Assembly: GCA_013286805.1 (NCBI GenBank)
Contig: JABDEY010000001.1
Location: 6,051-70,050, forward strand
Source of the DNA: Bacteroidota bacterium
Lineage (GTDB): Bacteria > Bacteroidota > Bacteroidia > JABDFU01
DNA length: 64,000 nt
Reading direction: 5' to 3'
The position numbers and the translations under genes were made by a program. Each line of letters begins with the position of its first letter. The stretch's first letter is position 1. Below, one piece after another: positions 39,701 to 48,391 of the stretch. Below the pieces are notes generated by a model. The model worked only from the letters and a program-made list of their open reading frames with translations. It was not told where the DNA came from and made no database searches.

Positions 39701-40216
39701 CGCATCACTGTTAAACCAGCCTTCACCCGTACCCACATAAAAATTCAAGGTAGCGTTCGGATCATATGCAATGCAGGTAACAGCAATGTTCGCCCAGAAA
39801 TCATTCACATTCGTCCAGGCAGGAGAAGCAACAGTAATGTCAGGCGCCTGCCATAAGCCCCCATCCACACCACCAGCCCATATCTTTTTATGCGTCACAT
39901 CATTCGGATCGAACATAATAGCCCGGGTTCTCCCTCCCACATTACTTGGGCCCCGTTCAACCCAGGTAGCAGTTGACAACAAACTGGGGTTATTATTCTT
40001 TTGCCTCCTTTGATGCACCGCCATAGAACGGGCAGCCTTCAATCGTTCGTAGGGAACATATCCCAAAGACGGATCCAGCGTTCTTCGAATATCCTGTTCC
40101 AGAGCAAGATCAGGGCGATCAGGCTTTATTGCATCTTCGTCTTCATCTGCCTTCTGGGCATGTAATAAATTAGCAGCAAGAGCTGCAACGATAAGCAACG
40201 TAATAATTTTATTCAT
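33746..40216 (-). CDS. Giant T9SS surface protein (2156 aa): Asp-box propeller region + IPT/TIG + 7-blade FG-GAP-like propeller + Cys-rich module + second Asp-box propeller + HYR + Ig-like + type-A CTD
   Basis: Signal peptide [22 protein letters not shown]-terminal ~760 aa (37930-40216) with Asp-boxes ([32 protein letters not shown]). IPT ~37675-37930. Seven 55-aa FG-GAP-like blades ~36535-37675. Cys-rich module 36270-36530. Second Asp-box region ~34985-35990 ([31 protein letters not shown]). HYR region ~34200-34680. [15 protein letters not shown]...RLVIAR. Collinear with the 15098-22315 protein in several modules. Confidence 0.9.
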   Translation of the reverse strand: MNKIITLLIVAALAANLLHAQKADEDEDAIKPDRPDLALEQDIRRTLDPSLGYVPYERLKAARSMAVHQRRQKNNNPSLLSTATWVERGPSNVGGRTRAIMFDPNDVTHKKIWAGGVDGGLWQAPDITVASPAWTNVNDFWANIAVTCIAYDPNATLNFYVGTGEGWFNSDAVQGDGIWKTADGGVTWSQLGSTNNSTFYFVEKIVVDGSGNVFAATRNGGVQRSVDGGSTWAQVLGSGFGSVSNRGADLEIGVDGTIYASMGISEGTADGVYSSTNGTSWTKLNTGSNGFPTAGFSRVELGVAPSDANRLYAMVQSSNNSLLNVYTSVNKGLNWTVCTLPSWFDQDCSTPSTDMTRTQAWYDLIIAIDPANENNVLIGGVDVMKSTDGGLTWTQLSSWWGGCGYPEMHADQHAMQFQPGSSSNVVFGNDGGIYYSSNVNTATPAFNDANSGYNVTQFYSCAIHPASGQNYFLAGAQDNGTQEFSSAGMNATTEPTGGDGALCFIDQTNPTYQVSAYVYNTYYWSSDGGANFSTINNDQKSGSFINPADYDDANHILYSAYSTDSLERITGLASTPGPVEKFMITGMTSPASVIRVSPYAPSGTTTLFVGTTNGVLFKVSNAQTGAVPSVASIGGASFPSGSISCVELGASEQDLLVTFSNFGVVSVWRTTNGGTSWANEEGNLPDMPVRWAMYNPNNFTEVYLATEVGIWSTSDVTVASPVWVSNDNGLANVRVYMLKRRAADNEVIAATHGRGLFSTSVFGGISPTITSFSPADGPPGTLITVNGTNMGGLTAFSVGGAAAIVISNTGTQLVGLVMPGAVTGTVSLTTAGGVATTGGDFIVVPTPFPGLQQGSKLVGSGASGGAYQGQSVSISADGNTAIVGGYEDASGTGAAWIYVRSAGAWAQQGSKLVGSGAIGAAFQGASVSISADGNTAIVGGYDDNSGAGAAWVYTRSAGVWAQQGAKLVGSGATGNATQGASVSISADGNTAVVGGYSDNSGSGAIWIFTRSAGAWAQQGSKLVGTGATGNAGLGYSVSVSADGKTVIGGGTTDNSSAGAVWIYTVTAGVWSQQGSKLVGTGATGAALQGYSVALSADGNFAIVGGDEDNSDAGAAWIYSRSAGAWAQVGTKLTGTGGTAAAFQGSAVSISADGTTAIVGGYVNNGLQGATWVYNFSAGVWNQEGTNLVGTGAVGSARQGWSVSLSTDGNNAILGGDIDNTNAGAAWVFIACTVPTTPVLSTSSSVNCGAQSTTLNVVSGILNSATNWQWYSGSCGGTSVGSGTSISVSPAVTTTYYARGEGGCVTPGVCASITITVNAVPSVSLSSATGTDNQNVCTHTAISGIAYSIGVPASGATVTGLPLGVSGVYNAGVFTISGTPSVSGVFNYTVTSTGGGCASQGTINGILTVDTLPYVQLPAPWILQNSNITGIDKYIYQLLVISPTVVWATTNINEFTNTTNGGTTWTNGTVTGSSGYNYSNLSAVNKDTAWACMFLTSAAGGDIFRTFDGGLTWSVPDNTIYKSSTSFPDVVHFYDGKTGFCLGDPVSGSFEIYTSTNSGNSWTVVPTANIPAPLGGETGLTGVDCVFNNTVWCGTTEGRVLKTADKGLTWTVSAPFASSVDVITIAFRDSLNGIVVGAGSGNIMRTTDGGLTWNTFTSAGSWAATSDGESFIYVKKSASRPGFYLTGSTSGTGKISSYSSDDGATWAQLDTLSHYCFAFYDAGTGWTGAYPFTQQASIYKTNGNFFNVLSLSSDPGTTGQTVCFNSAIDPVIYSVGGTATGAGVTGLPPGVIGVYNSGTFTISGTPTVGGIYTYTVTSKGGSCSPQVSASGTITVNAPTIACIGNQTGNTSAGLCSAVVTYGASAFGGAPVPTLSYIFSGVTTGAGGGDGSGSIFNLGVTTVTLSASNSCGAVNCSFTVTVSDNINPSITAPADVVVCSGTSISLGTPVTSDNCSVASVTNNHLSGTYPVGATPVIWTVTDGSGNTATATQQVTVNALPTATITPGGPTTFCQGGDVLLTSSSGSSYLWSTGDVTQAITVSVSGRDSVEVTDGNGCTSASSVAAVVVVNICTGINPVGSNYKVVVYPNPNGGMFVVESSAAEKQLLQLFDVTGKLVLSQYIVPGRSVIDAGVVADGMYDVCISGSGGRTNMRLVIAR

Positions 40217-40239
40217 GCGGATTGTTTTGGGTATACAGC

Positions 40240-40247
40240 CAAATATA
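40240..40247 (-). promoter_or_regulatory. Putative -7 promoter box TATATTTG upstream of the 2156-aa gene
   Basis: The minus strand reads gagATTGttaataccttgaatttgtTATATTTGgctg. This is an exact TAnnTTTG match 24 nt upstream of the ATG (40216), with an ATTG 18 nt further upstream as a weak -33 element. Confidence 0.35.
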
Positions 40248-40316
40248 ACAAATTCAAGGTATTAACAATCTCCAGCACAGAGCCTTTAGCCATGTTAAAT
40301 TACTTACAGCATCAGC

Positions 40317-41546
40317 TTATCTTACATTCGCCACTACCCAATACGGACTATACCCATCCACTAATCCTCTAAGGGCATGCTGATTGGATCCATCCGCATT
40401 CATGATATTAATTCGGCCTTTCTCGGATGAACAATATACAAACTGATTCCCATCAGGAGACCAGGAAATATTATGAATCCACCTAATTGAACCAATTATG
40501 CTTTTTCCAGAACCATCCGCATTCATTACAAGTAGTTCATTTTTTTCCTCTTCAATCAAACAGCAGGCAACTTTATTACCATCAGGAGACCATACAGCCT
40601 CAGTTATCCTGTCCCTGACAAGATAACCCTCTCCCGAATTGAGTCTTCTTGCACTGAGTCGAGCATCAATATTTGCAGAATCTGCTTTCCTTTTGGGAAG
40701 ACCATTGCGAATCTTATAAACCTCCCTTTCCCTTGCTACATCATCAAAATTCCTTCCCTGAAAATTTAAAAAAACCGCAACTGTTTTTATACTATCCCCT
40801 AAAAGATTCATGGTCATCAACTCCTGCCAGTCCGTTCCGGCATCTGCAAAGGCAAGAACCCTTCTCCCCACCGGTGAAATCCTGGTATTATATACATTCC
40901 TCAAAGGTCTTGAAATGTACTTTACCTCATCGGAATAAAACCGCAGCCCAACCGAATCAACATTCAGGAGAGCCAGCCGGCTAAAAGAGGTATTTCCATC
41001 TTTCCCCTTATCCATATACTCCGTATCCGTATACGTTACATTCGTATAAATACAGTGTATTCCATCCGGCAGCCATTGAGGGTTTGCATTAGTGCCATTT
41101 GTAAGCCGTATATCCCTGTCACCTTCCAGTTCTTTCAGACAGATATTTTGCCGATCCACATAAAGCAATTTTTTATCATCAGCCGACCAGGTAACTTGCG
41201 TAATCCCCGTCATCGCCTCCAGTTCAATCTTTTCATTTTCACCGGTAATGTCAATTGTACAAAGGCAAAGCCCGCTTTTCTTCATAGCCGCAAACGCAAT
41301 CCGGTTGCCACTATGAGAAGGAAACACCTGAGGATAGAACAAATTTGTTGATGACAGTGTTTTTAGATTGGACCCGTCAGTATCCACCGTGCATATCTTG
41401 TATCTTTTAATAGAATAGCTCTCTCTATCAACCTGAGTAGGCTCATTCACCTCCTTAACAAAAATAATTTTTTGATTTTGCGCATAGGAACAAATACAGA
41501 AGGAGAAAAAGAGTACGCTGAAAATTTTAACCTGAAGCATTGTCAT
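40317..41546 (-). CDS. TolB-like PD40/WD40 beta-propeller repeat protein, secreted
   Basis: Track ORF 40317..41579. The likely start is the ATG at 41546 or 41540 (MTMLQVKIFSVLFFSFCICSYAQ). PD40-type repeats are present: FPSHSGNRIAF, WSADDKKLLY, WSPDGNKVACC, SWSPDGNQFVYCS, NADGSNQHAL. Confidence 0.7.
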   Translation of the reverse strand: MTMLQVKIFSVLFFSFCICSYAQNQKIIFVKEVNEPTQVDRESYSIKRYKICTVDTDGSNLKTLSSTNLFYPQVFPSHSGNRIAFAAMKKSGLCLCTIDITGENEKIELEAMTGITQVTWSADDKKLLYVDRQNICLKELEGDRDIRLTNGTNANPQWLPDGIHCIYTNVTYTDTEYMDKGKDGNTSFSRLALLNVDSVGLRFYSDEVKYISRPLRNVYNTRISPVGRRVLAFADAGTDWQELMTMNLLGDSIKTVAVFLNFQGRNFDDVAREREVYKIRNGLPKRKADSANIDARLSARRLNSGEGYLVRDRITEAVWSPDGNKVACCLIEEEKNELLVMNADGSGKSIIGSIRWIHNISWSPDGNQFVYCSSEKGRINIMNADGSNQHALRGLVDGYSPYWVVANVR

Positions 41547-41638
41547 AATTGTTTCATAAGAATCTCCTTGTTGTTTCAAAAGAACCTAAATTTAAGGAAT
41601 TAATAATTGTGTAAGGAAAGAGTAAAATACAGTAAGGA

Positions 41639-43093
41639 ATGAACCAAATACTGTCTGGAATACACAAAAATAAACCGCTCGCCGCAGGGGCTTCTTTGCT
41701 GATAATATACATCTGCATAAGATCAGGCACCGTAGACATAACCCATGACGAAGCCTGGTCGTTTCAAATCGTAAAAAAATTCTGGCACGTCGAAGCCTTG
41801 TGCACAGGCAACACGCACTGGTTGAACAGCATAGCCATGAAAATTGCAATTGTACTGCACTGCGAAAGAACATGGCAATTAAGGTGGTTCAGTACATTAT
41901 CAGCAATTACCTTCTGCATAGTATGTTTTCTATGGATACGCTCCCTGGAAAAACTGCACGTTCGCGTTTTTGCCTGCCTGCTGCTTTTATTTAATCCCTA
42001 TGTCCTGGGCTACCTCGGAATGGCAAGAGGATACTCTTCCGGATTGATGTTTGAAAGTTTAAGCCTGTATCTCCTGATGATTAATTCCGAAAAACACAAA
42101 AGGCGGCTTGCATTTATTGCACTCCTGAGTGCCAGCCTTAGTGCTATAGCCAACTATAGTTTTATATATTTCTTTGCTGCCTTTGCATTGGTTTACTTTT
42201 ACAAGTATTACCTTAAGCCGGCCGACAAGTTTGGGTTTTTAAAAAATAAAAATTTCTATTTAGACTTGTTTCTTACACTGGGAACCTTCGCATTCATAAT
42301 CAGGGCATTTATATTTATTATCAGATGCTCCGCAGATGTTGTCGGCGCCGGTACGGATAATATTGAAATAGCCGCCAGATCAATTGCAGAATCCTTACTT
42401 AACCGCAACATCAATTTGGGAAACGCAGGCTCAATAATTCTGTCGTGTCTGCTGCTACTCGCCATAGGAATAGTATGCTTATATGGACTATTCAAATTCA
42501 AACACCATCAAAACAAAGCCTTCTTTTGCTCCAGTCTGATCCTTTCCCTGATCTTTATGATCATCAGTATAAATTACAGTGTATTTAAAGTAGTACTCCC
42601 CTGCAGCCGCAGCGCATTATTCCTGTTTCCCATAATCAGCGTCAACCTGATTTATTTTCTAAATCAGACATCCGGGTTCCTCCTGAACAAAATTGCAATC
42701 ACGGCATTAAGCCTGCTTTTGTTATTTAATTTTATCCGCTCAGCTAATTTCACACGCACACTTGATTTCAGCAGGCAGGAAGAAACCAAAAAAGTATTTG
42801 ATTATTTAGACAGCATACATGCGAATCAGGTAGCTGTAAGTTGGATACTATTTGGAGTCTATAAAAATTACTATCAGATGACCGATCATTTCAAGTACAG
42901 GTTCAAAGCCGAAACACTGAATCAGGAAAGCCGCTTAGCAGATTTCGACTATGTTCTCTTGTCGCCGCCCGACAGCATATTGACTTATAAAACAGAACCG
43001 CTCAGGATAGACACACTAAAACGTTTCCCTAAAAACAATATTTTATTATTAAAGTGCAAGGGAGAAAAATTTATTTACAAAAAAGGCTGGTAA
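41639..43093 (+). CDS. Polytopic membrane protein, probable GT-C fold (ArnT/PMT-like) glycosyltransferase
   Basis: Track ORF 484 aa with ~11 hydrophobic helices. It has an acidic first-loop motif THDEAWSF, as in GT-C enzymes, and a soluble C-terminal ~110 aa. The assignment rests on architecture and the DE motif only. Confidence 0.4.
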   Translation: MNQILSGIHKNKPLAAGASLLIIYICIRSGTVDITHDEAWSFQIVKKFWHVEALCTGNTHWLNSIAMKIAIVLHCERTWQLRWFSTLSAITFCIVCFLWIRSLEKLHVRVFACLLLLFNPYVLGYLGMARGYSSGLMFESLSLYLLMINSEKHKRRLAFIALLSASLSAIANYSFIYFFAAFALVYFYKYYLKPADKFGFLKNKNFYLDLFLTLGTFAFIIRAFIFIIRCSADVVGAGTDNIEIAARSIAESLLNRNINLGNAGSIILSCLLLLAIGIVCLYGLFKFKHHQNKAFFCSSLILSLIFMIISINYSVFKVVLPCSRSALFLFPIISVNLIYFLNQTSGFLLNKIAITALSLLLLFNFIRSANFTRTLDFSRQEETKKVFDYLDSIHANQVAVSWILFGVYKNYYQMTDHFKYRFKAETLNQESRLADFDYVLLSPPDSILTYKTEPLRIDTLKRFPKNNILLLKCKGEKFIYKKGW

Positions 43094-43142
43094 AACAGCG
43101 AACGGGCAGATACCACTAAAGCAAAATGATATCATCCCATTT

Positions 43143-43616
43143 TCAATACTCCACCCTATCCCCCTTCAACCTCCACTCCTCAAAAGCCTTCAACGCATCC
43201 ACCCTTCCAAGCTGCACAAACTTCAGTTTCCGTTCCTGCATGGGCTTAGCCAGTTCCTGATAAATAAAATCATCGTCAAAATTAATTTCCGCAGCATCCT
43301 TCTTCGTATTGGCATAAAAGACCTTATCCGGCCGGGCCCAGTAGATTGCTCCCAGACACATAGGACAAGGCTCGCAGGAAGTATACAAGTCACAACCACT
43401 CAGTTGAAAAGAACCCAATACCCGGCAAGCCTCTCTGATTGCATTCACCTCCGCATGGGCAGAAGGGTCATTATCCCTGGTAACCGTATTCACGGCACGG
43501 GCAATAATTTTCCCATCCTTAACAACCACAGCCCCAAAAGGACCACCTGCACCTGAGCGAACATTCTTAATGGAAAGTTCGATTGCTTCCTGCATAAAAT
43601 TTTCTTCGTTCTTCAT
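43143..43616 (-). CDS. guaD: Guanine deaminase (CDA-fold, GuaD-type) / nucleoside deaminase
   Basis: Track ORF 157 aa with GGPFGAVVVKDGKIIA, HAEVNAIREAC, YTSCEPCPMCLGAIYWARP and FDDDFIYQEL. As I remember it, this is very close to Bacillus subtilis GuaD. Confidence 0.75.
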   Translation of the reverse strand: MKNEENFMQEAIELSIKNVRSGAGGPFGAVVVKDGKIIARAVNTVTRDNDPSAHAEVNAIREACRVLGSFQLSGCDLYTSCEPCPMCLGAIYWARPDKVFYANTKKDAAEINFDDDFIYQELAKPMQERKLKFVQLGRVDALKAFEEWRLKGDRVEY

Positions 43617-43678
43617 AGTCCTTATACTATGTAATCATTCTGCTTACTTCACTTGGCAACACATGAGACAAATTTTTC

Positions 43679-44176
43679 TCAGTCAGCCCTGATATACACA
43701 TCCTCATCCTTGCTGTAAAAAAAGCTCAGATTCATATACGTCTGAAAAAACTTTTTCAGATCCGCCGAAGAAGTGAACTTCTCATCAATATTTTCTGTCA
43801 CAGAAGCCAAAGTAATCTTAGAGCCACTCCCACTCATATCAAGCTTATAGAAAGAATAACTCTTTGAAGTAGCATATGCCTCCCATAAATTCAAAAACTT
43901 AGTACCATTGATATCCGAAACATAAGCCATATAAGTAGCAGTATCCGATCCGGTACTCTCCGCCTTGGTCTTTCTCTTACAAATCTTATAATTAAAGTCA
44001 CCCGTCTTGGTAATGACATAATTATAATCACTGCTGTTTTTATCCTCCCACTTACCAATCAGTTTAGGATCCGTTTTAACAGAAGGCTCATCAATAGGCA
44101 CATCACTGCTGTACGGGCAGCCCATAAAAAGTGTACTGAAGGCAGCCAGCAGAATAAATAATTTCAGGTTTTTCAT
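43679..44176 (-). CDS. Hypothetical lipoprotein
   Basis: Track ORF 165 aa. Lipobox LFMGC after a signal peptide (MKNLKLFILLAAFSTLFMGC). No recognised domain. Confidence 0.6.
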   Translation of the reverse strand: MKNLKLFILLAAFSTLFMGCPYSSDVPIDEPSVKTDPKLIGKWEDKNSSDYNYVITKTGDFNYKICKRKTKAESTGSDTATYMAYVSDINGTKFLNLWEAYATSKSYSFYKLDMSGSGSKITLASVTENIDEKFTSSADLKKFFQTYMNLSFFYSKDEDVYIRAD

Positions 44177-44326
44177 TTCGGAATGTTTTTGTTTTAATTC
44201 TTATCCGCTAAGTTAAATCATTTTTATTTACACTATTAAAAACCGCAACAGTTTTGTAAACATCCCGTCCCCTGATCCAGATCAGTAAATGCCTGCGGTG
44301 GACGTTTTCGACTTGCAAAAACATAA

Positions 44327-44899
44327 ATGGTTGGCAGAAACGTTCTTTTCTTCCTATTTTTAACCATGATTTCAATACTTCCGGGAACACGAATAGATCA
44401 CATTCATTATGGCAAAGGTAAGGTAATAGCTGTGGACGAACTTATCTACACAGCTGACTTTGGCAAACTTGGAATCATAGAACTCAGCCTGCGCAAAGCT
44501 TCAGAAGACATCACTATTTTAAACAACGAACCCTCAAAAGAATTTGACATGGAAGAATTAGAAGCAATGCTCATCCGCATCCTCAACGAATATTCCGACC
44601 TGCAAAAACCCATAGAACTGGGCAACAAATGGCAAGGCGGCACCCTCGTATTAAAACCCAGCTCCGATACCCTTAAATCCAAAGAAGTTCCCATAGAAAC
44701 ATTCTTCCATAAAATCGTAATGGTACGTGACCGCCTGCGTGTACTTGAGCAAAACATCAACAGCCATCCCAAACTGAATGATGAAGACAAAATCAATATG
44801 CAGCAATACATTACACGCATCTATGGAAGCCTCACCACATTCAATGTACTCTTTCAGGATGAAGAAGACCATTTTGTAGGGGATAAAAAAGGGGAATAA
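44327..44899 (+). CDS. Hypothetical protein (start uncertain: ATG 44327 or ATG 44366)
   Basis: Track ORF 190 aa. The N-terminal GTRIDHIHYGKGKVIAVDE is a small beta-barrel-like motif and the rest is predicted helical. I cannot name a family. Confidence 0.5.
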   Translation: MVGRNVLFFLFLTMISILPGTRIDHIHYGKGKVIAVDELIYTADFGKLGIIELSLRKASEDITILNNEPSKEFDMEELEAMLIRILNEYSDLQKPIELGNKWQGGTLVLKPSSDTLKSKEVPIETFFHKIVMVRDRLRVLEQNINSHPKLNDEDKINMQQYITRIYGSLTTFNVLFQDEEDHFVGDKKGE

Positions 44900-45010
44900 G
44901 AAGACAATCTGCTTTCCTCCTGCGCGCCGAATTTTGTCACTTGCAGGCACTCAAATATTAAAGTGATTTCCTTAAATTCATGTAGCTTTGACGTAACTAA
45001 TCAATATCAA

Positions 45011-46774
45011 ATGAAAAAAGCATTGCTCGTTATTGCCTGCACACTATGCTCCATTGCCTTCTCAAACGCCCAATGGCAGCAAACCTCCGGCCCGGGGGGA
45101 GGAAACATACAATCCTTCGCAGTCAGTGGCAGCAATATCTTCGCGGGAACCGACATAGGTGGAGTATTCCTTTCAACCAATAAAGGAACCTCATGGACAG
45201 CAGTCAACAACGGCATAACAAATCTATCTATCCTGTCACTTGCGGCAAACGGGACGACCATTTATGCAGGCACCTGGGGAGACGGAATATTTCTTTCCGG
45301 CAACAACGGCACAACATGGACAGCCAGCAATTCAGGTTTAACAAACCTAACAGTTCAAACAATCGCAACAAGCGGTACAACCCTCTTTGCCGGAACCACT
45401 GCAGGCATATTCCGTTCAGCCAACAACGGAACATCCTGGACAGCCGTAAACAACGGCCTTACAAATCAAACAATACAATCCATATCTCTAAACGGAACAA
45501 GTATTTTTGCAGGAACCAACGGAGGAGGAGTATTCCTCTCCACCGATAACGGAAATACCTGGACAGCGGTCAATACAGGACTAACAAATCTGATTATCCA
45601 TTCCATCACGATAAAAGGCAAAACTATTTTTGCAGGAACCGATATAGACGGAGTATTTAAGTCAGACAACAATGGTACAACATGGACGGCAGCCGATTCA
45701 GGATTAACAAACACATTTACCTGGTCCCTTGCGATCAGCAGTAAAAACCTTTTTGCAGGAACCTGGGGAGGAGGAGTATTCATTTCCTCCGACAACGGCA
45801 ACACCTGGAAAACAGCCAATGACGGATTAACCAATCTGGCAGTCTACTCCCTCGCAGTCAATGGCACTGCAATTTATGCAGGGACAACCGGAGGAGTATT
45901 TCTTTCGCTTAATGAAGGAGTTTCCTGGACAGCAGTCGATGCAGGCTTAACCAATCTAAACATTCTTTCAATGGCTGCAAACGGAACAACTATTTTCGCA
46001 GGAACCTGGGGAGACGGAATGTTTGTTTCGACCAATAGCGGAACATCCTGGAAAGTATCCAATAACGGATTGACAAACCTGATTGTACAAGAGATAGCGG
46101 TAAACGGAGGGTATATATTTGCCGGAACAAATGGAGGAGTATTTCTCTCATCCGATAACGGAGCATCCTGGACAGCAGTCACTACCGGATTAACAAACCT
46201 GACGGTCCAATCCATAGCAATAAGTGGCAACTCTATTTTCGCCGTCACCGGAGGAGGAGGAGTCTTTCTTTCAGTCAACAATGGAACCTCCTGGACACCA
46301 GTCAATGAAGGGTTAACCAATTTAACCATTTTTGATATCACAGGAAGCGCGGGCAACTTCTTCATAGTAACCAACGGAGGCAAAGTATTTCTATGTGCCA
46401 ATAAAGGGACATCCTGGACCGAAGTGAATACCGGATTTACAAACCTCATTATTTATGACCTTGCAGCCAACGGCAGTAACATCTTCGCAGGAACGAGCGG
46501 AGGAATATTCCTTTCAACAGACAAAGGAACAACCTGGAAAGCTGTCAATGCTGGCTTAACAAATCTCACAGTCTATTCCCTATCCGTAAGCGGCAACACT
46601 ATTTTCGCTGGAACCAACGGTGGAGTATTTCAATCGCTTAATAACGGAACCACCTGGACACCCCTCAAATCAGGTTTAACAAAACTCAATGTCCTTTCAA
46701 TGACAGTTAGTGGCAACACTATTTTCGCTGGAACCAACGGGAAAAGTGTATTCAAAACATCTCTGAAAGATTAA
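45011..46774 (+). CDS. Secreted Asp-box (BNR-type) beta-propeller repeat protein, 13 full + 1 split blade (~14 blades)
   Basis: Track ORF 44963..46774. The ATG at 45011 gives MKKALLVIACTLCSIAFSNAQ. It has ~41-aa units G-[GV]-[VI]-F-x-S-x-[DN]-x-G-x-[ST]-W-x-x-x-N-x-G-L-T-N-L-x-[IV]-x-S-[IL]-x-x-x-G-x-x-[IL]-F-A-G-T. The N-terminal half-unit and C-terminal KSVFKTS strand suggest velcro closure. No T9SS CTD. Confidence 0.8.
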   Translation: MKKALLVIACTLCSIAFSNAQWQQTSGPGGGNIQSFAVSGSNIFAGTDIGGVFLSTNKGTSWTAVNNGITNLSILSLAANGTTIYAGTWGDGIFLSGNNGTTWTASNSGLTNLTVQTIATSGTTLFAGTTAGIFRSANNGTSWTAVNNGLTNQTIQSISLNGTSIFAGTNGGGVFLSTDNGNTWTAVNTGLTNLIIHSITIKGKTIFAGTDIDGVFKSDNNGTTWTAADSGLTNTFTWSLAISSKNLFAGTWGGGVFISSDNGNTWKTANDGLTNLAVYSLAVNGTAIYAGTTGGVFLSLNEGVSWTAVDAGLTNLNILSMAANGTTIFAGTWGDGMFVSTNSGTSWKVSNNGLTNLIVQEIAVNGGYIFAGTNGGVFLSSDNGASWTAVTTGLTNLTVQSIAISGNSIFAVTGGGGVFLSVNNGTSWTPVNEGLTNLTIFDITGSAGNFFIVTNGGKVFLCANKGTSWTEVNTGFTNLIIYDLAANGSNIFAGTSGGIFLSTDKGTTWKAVNAGLTNLTVYSLSVSGNTIFAGTNGGVFQSLNNGTTWTPLKSGLTKLNVLSMTVSGNTIFAGTNGKSVFKTSLKD

Positions 46775-46898
46775 ATCCAACCGCGGCGACAAAGAAGTAA
46801 GCCCGTAGTCAATGCCGGCACCCTTCACAACTAAACGATGGCAGAAAAAAAGGCATTCTTTGATCAGCTTTCAGATATAACAACTTATGGATAGACAA

Positions 46899-47933
46899 TT
46901 ACCTTGGCCTTGCTATCAATCCCCTCACAACACCCAAATCCGGCTTCACTTCCAGCTTTCCATCCATCAGCAAAGCCACCACCTCAAATCGTTCATCCGC
47001 CAAAGCCGTTTGTAAAATATCATCCGGAAAAATAGTAAACCTCCCCATAAAAGGGCTCACCTTCCAGGGAATAAAATCGTATGCCAGGTAAACCAGCTCC
47101 GTACACATCACCATATCCGGAGACTCAATATCAAAATTAAAGTCATACGCCTTAAGAAGCTGTTTGCCTGCATTCGAAACAACGGTGTTCCTTTGCCCCG
47201 GTGTCAGCGAACGCAAACGCAGGATCAGGAAAACATCGCCCACAGCATATTCTTTTAAACTGCTGCTTCTCACTCCACTCCTCACAGCCTCCAAAATCCC
47301 CGGTTCATGTATCTCAGAGAATTTTCTTTTACGAAACCTGAAAATATCCCTCAGCCTCCTGTGCTTATTTGGGATTTCATCACCAAACCAAATAGCAGCA
47401 TGGCCAAAATAGCCCGGAATAACTTTAGAAGTCAGGTGGTTCGAGCATCTGGAGAGCAAAATATCAAACGGCTGCACCTGCGATTTCAATTTATTAGCAA
47501 TAACCCTTTGCCTGATATCCACAACCTTATTTCCGGGCGACACTCCAAAAATCTTAGTTCCAACAAATGTAAAAACCCCATAACAGGCATTAATGATACG
47601 GTCATTCTTTCTGTATAAACCATAAAATCCCGATTTCCAGATAGTAGTTTTAGGCAATTGAACCAATAAACTGTCAGCGGCATCCATCTTCCCATTCCCC
47701 GGATCAGAGGAAACACTTTTACGAACTGCAACAGAATACAAAAATCTCCTGCTCTTTTGCAAAACTCCTCGTGGAATACCATTTCCCACTTCTCCCCTGT
47801 TCAAAGCCCTTCTTATTTTTCCCTTGGGTTGTAGAATCCGGTCATAAAACGCAGCAGATTGCAGAAGTTTAGCAGCAGCAAACCGCTGAGCAGAACTTAG
47901 ATGTCCGGTATTTAGCCGGCCGCTCTGCAACAT
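46899..47933 (-). CDS. YiiX/DUF830-like permuted papain-fold (NlpC/P60-related) domain protein; possibly the 3' part of a frameshifted gene
   Basis: Track ORF 344 aa. In the C-terminal half, VIPGYFGHAAIWFGD and MVMCTELVYLAYD resemble the His/Cys blocks of the YiiX-type permuted papain-like family. The frame is open for 15 more codons upstream, up to a TGA at 47985-47987. Confidence 0.5.
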   Translation of the reverse strand: MLQSGRLNTGHLSSAQRFAAAKLLQSAAFYDRILQPKGKIRRALNRGEVGNGIPRGVLQKSRRFLYSVAVRKSVSSDPGNGKMDAADSLLVQLPKTTIWKSGFYGLYRKNDRIINACYGVFTFVGTKIFGVSPGNKVVDIRQRVIANKLKSQVQPFDILLSRCSNHLTSKVIPGYFGHAAIWFGDEIPNKHRRLRDIFRFRKRKFSEIHEPGILEAVRSGVRSSSLKEYAVGDVFLILRLRSLTPGQRNTVVSNAGKQLLKAYDFNFDIESPDMVMCTELVYLAYDFIPWKVSPFMGRFTIFPDDILQTALADERFEVVALLMDGKLEVKPDLGVVRGLIARPR

Positions 47934-48292
47934 GGAGTTAAAAATCCGGTCATAATCCAGGTCTGTGCCAAACCCGGAAAAAGTTCATTGATCTCATTCG
48001 CCTTCAGGTGCCGGGAATGCCCTTTTGCGGCTAAAGAACTCAACAGGTTATCCAGACGAATGTCTGTGAACTTTCTAACACTATCCAGCCCTGCCAGCTG
48101 CCGGTTGTCCATTTTATATGGAACCCTTTGCCGGGATCCCTTCCCGAGATAGTTATTCCTCAAACTAATGCAGGAAGAAAGAAAAATAACCAGCAGAAGT
48201 TGCAAAACAATATCCCGAATAAAACTCTTCAACGGCAAAAAAATAAAATGAGCATAGTTTCTGTAAGATCGTAAAAACCTGGAGCAATTCAA
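47912..48292 (-). CDS. Lipoprotein-signal-bearing ORF (126 aa), possibly the 5' part of the downstream YiiX-like gene
   Basis: Track ORF with lipobox-like VIFLSSC. It overlaps the 46899..47933 ORF by 22 nt in another frame. A 1-nt change in the A5 run at 47978-47982 would fuse the two. Confidence 0.35.
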   Translation of the reverse strand: MNCSRFLRSYRNYAHFIFLPLKSFIRDIVLQLLLVIFLSSCISLRNNYLGKGSRQRVPYKMDNRQLAGLDSVRKFTDIRLDNLLSSLAAKGHSRHLKANEINELFPGLAQTWIMTGFLTPCCRAAG

Positions 48293-48391
48293 AAATCCAA
48301 TGAAATCGAATCCAATCAGGCAAGTAAATCAATGCATTAATCTTGCTATATTTAAGACCAATATGTAGTTCAATAATCGAAAGCACCAGAC

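Noticed and set aside
33908-40013. Plus-strand and out-of-frame minus-strand ORFs inside the 2156-aa gene (e.g. 34320..34595, 35292..35621, 36420..36701, 37078..37461, 39548..39856)
   Set aside because: They are antisense or off-frame shadows of a repeat-rich, Gly/Thr/Ser-biased gene. No motifs are present, and they are fully nested in a gene with strong domain evidence.
45874-46449. 191-aa minus-strand ORF (and other ORFs at 45007..45834) opposite the 14-blade propeller gene, itself showing a repeat pattern
   Set aside because: The periodicity is simply the reverse-complement reading of the 123-bp blade repeat. The plus-strand product has a signal peptide and Asp-box motifs.
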